Shown here in pieces: positions 1-6,963 of a DNA stretch of 33,778 nt (its first letter is position 1; each line of letters begins with the position of its first letter). The position numbers were made by a program, and so were the translations under genes. The notes under the pieces were generated by a model, which was not told the DNA's origin, searched no databases, and saw only the letters and a program-made list of their open reading frames with translations. The stretch is from sequence record SRR31156797_6782. The stretch is one strand, 5' to 3'.

Positions 1-2
1 AT

Positions 3-482
3 AATAAGGATGCCGAAAAAAATGCATCTACAATTCTAAAGCTCTGGAGAGATAAAAACTTACCTGTTTTTCATATTATTCATCATTCAACTGATTCAAA
101 TTCAAGCTTCCGTGGAGGGCATACTGGATTTGAAATAAAAGATGAAGTTAAACCAATAAGTGGTGAAGTTGTAATTGAAAAAAATGTACATAGCGCTTTT
201 ATCGGTACAGATTTAAAAGAAAGGCTGGATAAACAAAAAATCAATTGCTTAGTCATTATGGGGCTGACCACTAATCATTGTGTATCAACATCAACTAGAA
301 TGGCAGGGGACTTCGGATTTGATACGTTTTTAATATCAGATGCTACTGCAACATTTGACAGAATTGGAATTAATGGAGAAATATTTGCAGCGGAAATTAT
401 TCATCAAACTGCTTTAGCTAATTTGAATAATGATTTTGCAAAGGTGATTGACACAAAAACATTATTTGAGTTGGTACAATAA
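3..482 (+). CDS. Cysteine hydrolase / isochorismatase family protein (5'-truncated by window edge)
   Basis: Frame is open from position 3 (NKDAEKNASTILKLWRDKNLPVFHIIH...VIEKNVHSAFIGTDL...VIMGLTTNHCVSTSTRMAGDFGF...SDATATF). The K-x3-SAF, G-x-x-T-x-x-C-V and DA motifs are typical of the family. The ORF-track start at 258 is an internal Met. Confidence 0.9.
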   Translation, partial: NKDAEKNASTILKLWRDKNLPVFHIIHHSTDSNSSFRGGHTGFEIKDEVKPISGEVVIEKNVHSAFIGTDLKERLDKQKINCLVIMGLTTNHCVSTSTRMAGDFGFDTFLISDATATFDRIGINGEIFAAEIIHQTALANLNNDFAKVIDTKTLFELVQ

Positions 483-490
483 ATGCCTGC

Positions 491-621
491 CGCTATCAAA
501 AAAATATACGTATTGCGGAGAGATGTGGTATTTGAAACTTTTATACATTTACTCAAAATTGTAGCAATATGATAGTTTTGTGCTTCAAAATCCCGCACTA
601 CGCATATTCTAACCGTTAACT
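491..621. mobile_element. attC-like imperfect palindrome (candidate gene-cassette recombination site)
   Basis: Arms 503-518 (aatatacgtattgcgg) and 593-608 (ccgcactacgcatatt) are complementary at 14/16 positions. They are flanked by cgctATC (491-497, degenerate inverse core) and GTTaact (615-621) at 5- and 6-bp spacing. An inner ttgaaac/gcttcaa pair is also present. The element sits directly between a stop codon and the next gene. Confidence 0.55.
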
Positions 622-650
622 GCATTCAAAAACAAAACAATAAAGTTTAA

Positions 651-1751
651 ATGATGAAGCAAATATTATTTGTGCTCTTTCTTTTTCTAAAAATAATTAA
701 TGCGATTGGACAAGAACGATACTATTTCGAAACACCCTCAAAAGCAAAAACTCAATATGAAATTGATCTTAATAATTCAAAAATTCATCATACAGATACT
801 GTGAATTTTAAGATTGAGTCACTTACTCTTTTAAAACCCCAAAAGTCATGGCATAATAAAAGCTTACATTTACAAACAATAGACAACGATACTATTTATG
901 CAAGCGATAACACAGGAGTTAATCTATATCTCTTTGACATGAACGGAAATCCTATTCGTAAAATTGATTTAAGTAAATTTGATAAACATTTTAAAATAAC
1001 GAATAGTGAGATTTATAATGATACTCTTTATTTAGCGGATAAAGAGTCTCTGTTTTTATTCAAATTAACGAGAAGTGGTGATTTAATTACAAAAACTACT
1101 TTGCCTTTTAAATTTGAGGATTTCCAAATCAACAATCAAGGCATATATTTCATTAGTAAGCATTTGGATGAAAAGCGAGAAAAAAGGATACTAATTAGCT
1201 TATACGACTTTTCATTAGATCTACAGAAACTTTATTTTGTTACAGATAAACAAAATATGACAGAATTAAGACCAAAATTCTTTAAAGGTGAGTGTGATGA
1301 AAATTTATTTTCAATAACAGAGTGCAATCAAATATATAAACTGGAAAAAAATAAGGTGTCCTTATATTTACAAGTTAATGGAGGAAATTATATAAATTCT
1401 TATGCAAATGGAATTGGATTTCATATGTTAGAAGAAGCGTTTTCTGTAAAGGGAGAATCTTATTATGATCTCAATAAATATTATTATCCAAAAGAAAAGT
1501 TGAAAGACGGTATAGAATTTCAATCATATGGTCCAAACGACCTTACAATTTTATTAAACGGTTCTAAAGCTTATCAGCGTACTTACGTAAATATCACAAA
1601 AATGAGTAATGTTCAAATACCAAATATACTTAAAATGAAATGGGCTGAGGATCATAAATATATTAAAGACGAATTACTAGAGCTTATTAAGCAGGTTGAT
1701 GAGAATAATAAATTTGTTTTGGTGAGTTATAAAGTGATTGAGAATCCTTGA
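651..1751 (+). CDS. Exported hypothetical protein, likely 6-bladed beta-propeller
   Basis: N-terminal signal peptide; repeated blade-like motifs (DTIYASD..LYLFDMNG, DTLYLAD..LFKLTRSG, GIYFISK..ISLYDFS). Confidence 0.65.
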   Translation: MMKQILFVLFLFLKIINAIGQERYYFETPSKAKTQYEIDLNNSKIHHTDTVNFKIESLTLLKPQKSWHNKSLHLQTIDNDTIYASDNTGVNLYLFDMNGNPIRKIDLSKFDKHFKITNSEIYNDTLYLADKESLFLFKLTRSGDLITKTTLPFKFEDFQINNQGIYFISKHLDEKREKRILISLYDFSLDLQKLYFVTDKQNMTELRPKFFKGECDENLFSITECNQIYKLEKNKVSLYLQVNGGNYINSYANGIGFHMLEEAFSVKGESYYDLNKYYYPKEKLKDGIEFQSYGPNDLTILLNGSKAYQRTYVNITKMSNVQIPNILKMKWAEDHKYIKDELLELIKQVDENNKFVLVSYKVIENP

Positions 1752-1900
1752 TCTCGTAGGTCGATATAGCAATTGCGAACACATTACAAGGAACCATTAT
1801 CCAAACAACACCTTTTGAATAACGAGAAAATACAACGAATTAAAATGCCAGCAAATAACATGAGGCAGGCTGATATGCTTTATTGAATGCAAAACCGTCC

Positions 1901-1945
1901 AAAAAAAAAAACTGAACATATAGATAGCTAGTGTTCATTTTTTTT
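1901..1945. terminator. Possible bidirectional intrinsic terminator (weak stem)
   Basis: A11 tract, stem tgaaca(1913-1918)/tgttca(1932-1937) with an inner tag/cta pair, then a T8 tract. Confidence 0.4.
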
Positions 1946-2202
1946 CAAAATATGAACATTAATGTGATTGCTATTCAATAATTGGACATACATTGGCATT
2001 GTGTCCTAAAACAAAGGAAAATTGAACGCTCAAAGAATGCAGCCTAATAAAGCAGTAAAGTATAAAGTCCGACATGCTGCTAGAGTAAATTCGATCTCTT
2101 TACGTGACACACTTAGAAGAACCCTCTAGCATAACCATTATTTATACCTCCATATTAGATATACAGTTATCTGAACATCCTCTATTTTCCAGGGGGGGGA
2201 GT

Positions 2203-2731
2203 AGGTATATTTTCTCTGGTAAAAGGTAATTTGTAGCTTATTTTAGGTATACACTCATCGTCTTTAGGTATTTACTTGCGGGTAAAAGGTTTTTTTCCTG
2301 TGTAAATAGGTGTTTCTCTTCTACAAGCAGGCCTAATTTTTCTTCATTTAGGTGTTTTTACCCAATAAACAGGTGTTTTTTTTGATGCATTTAGCCTTTT
2401 TCCTAGAAATTTTAGGTGTTTCTTTGCTCCTTTTAGCTTTTTAATTCCCATTTTTAGGTATTTTGCTAGCAAACGACAGGCCTTTTTTAAGGGTATTTAG
2501 GTGTTTTCTCTGCCCTATTAGGCATAAATTTACTGGCTTTAGGTGTTTTTTTACATATCAATAGCTTTTTTGTTACTTGATTAAGGTATTTTCTCACCCA
2601 TTTTAGCTTTTTGATTTCCCTTTAAAGGTGTTTTTCTGTTAACTAAATGGCCTTTAATTTGTGCAGACAGCCATTTTCCTTCACTCAATAGGGTTTGTTC
2701 CTCTACATATAGGTGTTTTTCCAATGGCACA
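2203..2731. repeat. Phased non-coding array of 25 degenerate 21/22-bp units (consensus about tttAGGTgtttt + ~9-10 variable nt)
   Basis: Cores (AGGT/AGGC/AGCT/AGCC and variants) start at 2203, 2224, 2245, 2266, 2287, 2308, 2329, 2350, 2371, 2393, 2414, 2435, 2456, 2478, 2499, 2520, 2541, 2563, 2584, 2605, 2626, 2648, 2669, 2690 and 2711. That is twenty 21-bp steps and four 22-bp steps. Stop codons occur in all six frames. Confidence 0.92.
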
Positions 2732-2774
2732 TGCTCCAATAGTATATACCATCTTCACTGCTCTAAGTTAATTG

Positions 2775-4139
2775 CTATTCTCTTTTATAATTTTGTACGT
2801 TCTCCAGTACTTCGTTCTGCATAGATACCGAATCACAAAGCACATTTTTAAGAAAAACATTTTTCACAGGAAGACTCTCCTGTGCCAATATTCTGGCAAC
2901 AAATTTACCCTGATCCGCATGTATATTTGTTAGGTAAATATCTTCAATAGGCGTTAGTTTTCTTTCAATGGTTGGAACCAGGTTGCGCCACTGGTACAAC
3001 ACATCCGTTTCAATTCCAAATACGCCTTCTCTCATAGTATTCCCTTCAATATTTTGGATATGAATATTTTTAACATAGCCACCTCTGCGCTCGTTTGTTT
3101 TAATAAAAACCAAATGAAACATATTGGCTCCATCTGCGACCGTACAACTGTCAACAAATACATTTTCGATTCCTCCGGAAAGTTCACTGCCAATAGCAAC
3201 TAGCTGATGTCCGTTTTTTACAAAGCAATTACGCATCACTAAATTTTTGGTAGGAGTATGTAATCTCCAGGCATCCTGATTTCTTCCTGCTTTAATAGCA
3301 ATCGCATCATCTCCCTGGTCGAACAGACAATCTTCAATTAGAATATTTTGCGTCATTTCCGGATCTACCCCATCATTATTATGCCCATGAGCATAAACAT
3401 CCAATTTACGAATCACAACATTCTTGCATAAATAAGGGTGTATAGTCCAAAATGGACTATTACGAATAGACACTCCCTCTAATAATACATTTTCGCATCG
3501 GTTAAACTGAATAAACTGTGGTCGCAGGTTAGCTGTATCATTTACCATCACTCGATCTTCAGCCGGAGCATATTCAGATGCCTTCATATACAGCCACTTT
3601 ATACTATTCATATGCGCCCGTGGTCGCTTGTACCATTGCTTCCAAACATCCAGCTTTGCCTTTAATTTTCCCTCTCCGGTGATGGCCACATTTTTACACT
3701 CATAAGCATACACCAAAGGCGAATAATTGTAACATTCCATGCCTTCCCAGGTAGTATGTACGGCCGGTAAATAATCTTCCGGCTTCTCGGAAAACAGCAA
3801 CACAGCTCCCTTTTTTAAATGCAGATTTATATTACTTTTTAAGTGGATTGCTTTCGTCAGCCATTCTCCTTGCGGGATAATAATCGTACCACCTCCAGCT
3901 CCATTTGCTGAAGCAATAGCCTCAGTTATGGCCGAACTTGTTTTTTCTTTATCACCTTCCTTTGCACCAAAATCAGTGATTAAATACTCTTTACTTTCCG
4001 AAAAGTCTGGAATAGTGATGACCGGCATTTTAAAAGGAGCCTCAACCTGCACCGAAGTTAATTTTACAGATGGACTCTTCGAACAAGAAACGACCAAAAC
4101 AAACAATAATAAAATGTAAACTGTATTTTTCATTTTCAT
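2775..4139 (-). CDS. Glycoside hydrolase family 28 (polygalacturonase-like) lipoprotein
   Basis: Lipobox VVSC; ITDFGA start of the beta-helix; NNDG, GDDAIAIK, GH and IGSE motifs; FIKT in place of RIKT. Confidence 0.92.
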   Translation of the reverse strand: MKMKNTVYILLLFVLVVSCSKSPSVKLTSVQVEAPFKMPVITIPDFSESKEYLITDFGAKEGDKEKTSSAITEAIASANGAGGGTIIIPQGEWLTKAIHLKSNINLHLKKGAVLLFSEKPEDYLPAVHTTWEGMECYNYSPLVYAYECKNVAITGEGKLKAKLDVWKQWYKRPRAHMNSIKWLYMKASEYAPAEDRVMVNDTANLRPQFIQFNRCENVLLEGVSIRNSPFWTIHPYLCKNVVIRKLDVYAHGHNNDGVDPEMTQNILIEDCLFDQGDDAIAIKAGRNQDAWRLHTPTKNLVMRNCFVKNGHQLVAIGSELSGGIENVFVDSCTVADGANMFHLVFIKTNERRGGYVKNIHIQNIEGNTMREGVFGIETDVLYQWRNLVPTIERKLTPIEDIYLTNIHADQGKFVARILAQESLPVKNVFLKNVLCDSVSMQNEVLENVQNYKRE

Positions 4140-4289
4140 ATAGATAATTACAAAACTGTGATTACAAAAATGAAAACAATCTTAAAGCTACACCATGGAT
4201 TATTATTAATAAACATGTATTATTCTACTTTTTAGAACCTGTAAAATCGTATGCAAGAAACAATCTTAGTTCCTTATAATCTAGCAAAC

Positions 4290-4332
4290 AAAAAAGCAGC
4301 AAAACCAAGAATAACATCTGGTTTTACTGCTT
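4290..4332 (-). terminator. Intrinsic terminator of fbaA
   Basis: Stem aagcagcaaaacca / tggttttactgctt, with an A-tract that gives a U-tail on the minus strand. Confidence 0.7.
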
Positions 4333-4396
4333 AAATTAAATCAATATTGTTTTTCATAAACCTCTACTAAATACGAGGTTCATCCAAATAAACTAC

Positions 4397-5473
4397 TTAT
4401 AGTACATCAATACATTGAAGGTCTTCAAAAGCCACTTTAAGTCTAGCCACTAATGTTTCCTGACCTTTACGTAACCAAACACGTGGATCGTAGTACTTTT
4501 TATTTGGTTTATCATCGCCATCAGGGTTACCAATTTGTCCTTGTAAGTAAGGTCTGTTTTCAGCTTCAAACTTACGAATACCATCCCAGGTAGCCCATTG
4601 CGTATCGGTATCAATATTCATTTTGATCACACCATAGCTAATTGCTTCGCGAATTTCTTCTAAAGTAGAACCTGATCCTCCGTGGAAAACAAAGTTCACA
4701 GGATTTTTACCTAAACCATGTTTCTCTTCGATATACTTTTGCGAGTTATCAAGGATTTTTGGAGTCAACACTACGTTTCCTGGCTTATAAACCCCGTGTA
4801 CATTACCAAATGAAGCAGCAATAGTAAAGTTTGGCCCAACAGAACTCAATACTTCGTATGCCTGATTCACTTCTTCCGGTTGTGTATATAATAATGCATT
4901 GTCCACATCTGAATTATCCACACCATCTTCTTCTCCACCAGTAATTCCAAGCTCAATTTCGATAGTCATGCCAATTTTGTTCATTCTTTCGAAATACTTC
5001 TTACAAATTTCCAGGTTTTCTTCAAGTGGTTCTTCTGATAAATCCAACATGTGAGAGCTAAACAAAGGCTTACCTGTTTCTGCAAAATGCTTTTCACCAG
5101 CATCCAGCAATCCATCAATCCAAGGTAATAATTTTTTAGCAGCATGGTCGGTATGCAGAATAACAGGTACACCGTAAGCTTCTGCCATCATATGCACATG
5201 TTTTGCAGCTGAAACAGCACCTAAAATCTGACCTTGTTGTCCTTCTAAACCAACACCTTTTCCGGCATAGAACGCAGCACCACCGTTTGATAACTGAATG
5301 ATAACCGGAGAGTTTACCACTTTTGCAGCTTCTAATACTCCATTAATAGAGTCTGTACCAACAACATTTACTGCTGGCATTGCGAAACCATTGTCTTTTG
5401 CAACCTGGAATAATTTTGTTACATCATCACCAGTTACAACACCGGGTTTTACAACGTCTAATACTTTTCCCAT
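4397..5473 (-). CDS. fbaA: Class II fructose-bisphosphate aldolase, type A (E. coli FbaA-like)
   Basis: HTDH, SSHMLDLSEE, GGEEDGVDN, FGNVHGVYKPGNV, FHGGSG, KMNIDTD and KKYYDPR motifs. Confidence 0.97.
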   Translation of the reverse strand: MGKVLDVVKPGVVTGDDVTKLFQVAKDNGFAMPAVNVVGTDSINGVLEAAKVVNSPVIIQLSNGGAAFYAGKGVGLEGQQGQILGAVSAAKHVHMMAEAYGVPVILHTDHAAKKLLPWIDGLLDAGEKHFAETGKPLFSSHMLDLSEEPLEENLEICKKYFERMNKIGMTIEIELGITGGEEDGVDNSDVDNALLYTQPEEVNQAYEVLSSVGPNFTIAASFGNVHGVYKPGNVVLTPKILDNSQKYIEEKHGLGKNPVNFVFHGGSGSTLEEIREAISYGVIKMNIDTDTQWATWDGIRKFEAENRPYLQGQIGNPDGDDKPNKKYYDPRVWLRKGQETLVARLKVAFEDLQCIDVL

Positions 5474-5658
5474 AATTAAATAAGTAAAATGATAAATTAT
5501 TATTAAACAAATATTGCTAAGTTATCAGCTAAGCAAATTTCCAATTTACATTAAATAAAGTCAACACTAAAATATAGTAAATGTTTAGGATTACGAGAAA
5601 AAAAACGATTTTTTAAGATTAAACATTGTTAAAACATGACTTTAATCACAGTAAATTA

Positions 5659-5689
5659 TTGGATAACACATTAGGAATATATACATTTG
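5659..5689 (+). promoter_or_regulatory. Bacteroidota sigma70-type promoter for the second aldolase
   Basis: TTG at 5659-5661, a 20-bp spacer, then TACATTTG at 5682-5689 (matches the -33 TTG / -7 TAnnTTTG consensus). Confidence 0.6.
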
Positions 5690-5803
5690 CGCCTTTAAAA
5701 ATTAAAACTACCAAGGCAAACAATACCACTGCATTATCCCAGATATAATGTAAGGGACAAGACCCGAAATTAAGGACAAATTAATCAATAAACTAATAAA
5801 CAA

Positions 5804-6799
5804 ATGGCAGTTAATTACAAAGAATTAGGGCTTTCGAGCACTCCTGAATTGTTTAAAAAAGCTGTAGCTGGTGGATACGCTATCCCAGCTTACAATTTCA
5901 ACAACCTTGAGCAAATGCAAGCGATTATCCAGGCTTGTGTTGAAACAAAATCTCCAGTTATTCTTCAAGTATCTGCAGGAGCAAGAAAATATGCTAATGC
6001 AACTTTGTTAAGAAACATGGCGAAAGGTGCAGTAGAATATGCTAAAGAACTTGGTTATGAAATTCCAGTAGTTCTTCACCTTGACCACGGTGATACTTTC
6101 GAACTTTGTAAAGATTGTATCGACAACGGTTTCTCTTCTGTAATGATCGATGGTTCTCACCACTCATACGAAGAAAACGTTGCTTTAACAACAAAAGTAG
6201 TAGAGTACGCTCACGCTCATGGTGTTGCTGTAGAAGGAGAACTTGGTGTATTAGCTGGTGTTGAGGATGATGTAGTAGCAGAAGAGTCTACTTACACAAG
6301 ACCAGAAGAGGTAGAAGATTTTGTTAAAAGAACAGGTGTTGATTCTTTAGCTATTTCTATCGGTACTTCTCACGGTGCTCATAAATTTACTCCTGAGCAG
6401 TGTACTAAAAATGCTGATGGTATTTTAGTTCCACCACCATTGAAATTCGATATCTTAGAAGAAATCGAGAAAAGAATACCTGGTTTCCCAATCGTACTTC
6501 ACGGATCTTCTTCTGTACCTCAAGATCACGTTGCTACAATTAACGAGTTTGGTGGAGAAATTAAAGCTGCTATTGGTATTCCAGAAGACGAATTACGTAA
6601 AGCTGCTAAATCAGCTGTATGTAAAATTAACATCGATTCAGATGGTCGTTTAGCTATGACTGCTGCTGTTAGAAAAGTAATGGCTGAAAATCCAGGTGAA
6701 TTCGATCCTAGAAAATATTTAGGTCCTGCTCGTGATATTTTGAAGGATCTTTACATGAAGAAAAACATCAACGTATTAGGTTCTGCTAACCAAGCTTAA
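5804..6799 (+). CDS. fba: Class II fructose-1,6-bisphosphate aldolase, type B (Bacteroides-type Fba)
   Basis: HLDHG, SVMIDGS, EGELG, GTSHG, LHGSS, KINIDSD and FDPRKYLGP motifs; strongly biased codon usage typical of a highly expressed gene. Confidence 0.95.
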   Translation: MAVNYKELGLSSTPELFKKAVAGGYAIPAYNFNNLEQMQAIIQACVETKSPVILQVSAGARKYANATLLRNMAKGAVEYAKELGYEIPVVLHLDHGDTFELCKDCIDNGFSSVMIDGSHHSYEENVALTTKVVEYAHAHGVAVEGELGVLAGVEDDVVAEESTYTRPEEVEDFVKRTGVDSLAISIGTSHGAHKFTPEQCTKNADGILVPPPLKFDILEEIEKRIPGFPIVLHGSSSVPQDHVATINEFGGEIKAAIGIPEDELRKAAKSAVCKINIDSDGRLAMTAAVRKVMAENPGEFDPRKYLGPARDILKDLYMKKNINVLGSANQA

Positions 6800-6823
6800 G
6801 AATTTAAATACATGATATAATAT

Positions 6824-6851
6824 AAAGGCTATCCGTTTTGGGTAGCCTTTT
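6824..6851. terminator. Intrinsic terminator between convergent fba and tamL
   Basis: Hairpin aaaggctatcc-gtttt-gggtagcctttt. Confidence 0.8.
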
Positions 6852-6963
6852 CTATTTTGTTAGATCTATGTCTGAGTAGAGAACTATTGGAGTTAACCAG
6901 GATATAGTTATTGCAAACACATTCAGGACCTAGTGTTCCTACCTAATACTACTCATATTTGAA

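Noticed and set aside
83-271. 62-aa minus-strand ORF and the 258 start of the plus-strand ORF
   Set aside because: The first is an antisense shadow of the isochorismatase gene, whose frame is open from the window edge; 258 is an internal Met.
404-625. 73-aa minus-strand ORF
   Set aside because: It overlaps the isochorismatase 3' end antisense and the attC-like palindrome, and shows no protein features.
2371-2668. Canonical TIGR-Tas array
   Set aside because: No box C/D-like motifs on either strand, a 42-43-nt dimer unit rather than about 36 nt, and no Nop-domain gene in the window; only a loose architectural analogy remains.
2203-2731. CRISPR array interpretation of the 21-bp array
   Set aside because: The conserved part is only about 11 nt and degenerate, spacers are about 10 nt, and there are no cas genes; this is far outside CRISPR dimensions.
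2203-2731. Heptad-repeat protein-coding gene
   Set aside because: Stop codons occur in all six frames even in the pure 21-bp part, and four regularly placed 22-bp steps break the frame.
6871-6955. Hammerhead ribozyme
   Set aside because: The three stems are present, but the CUGANGA and GAAA core is missing on both strands.
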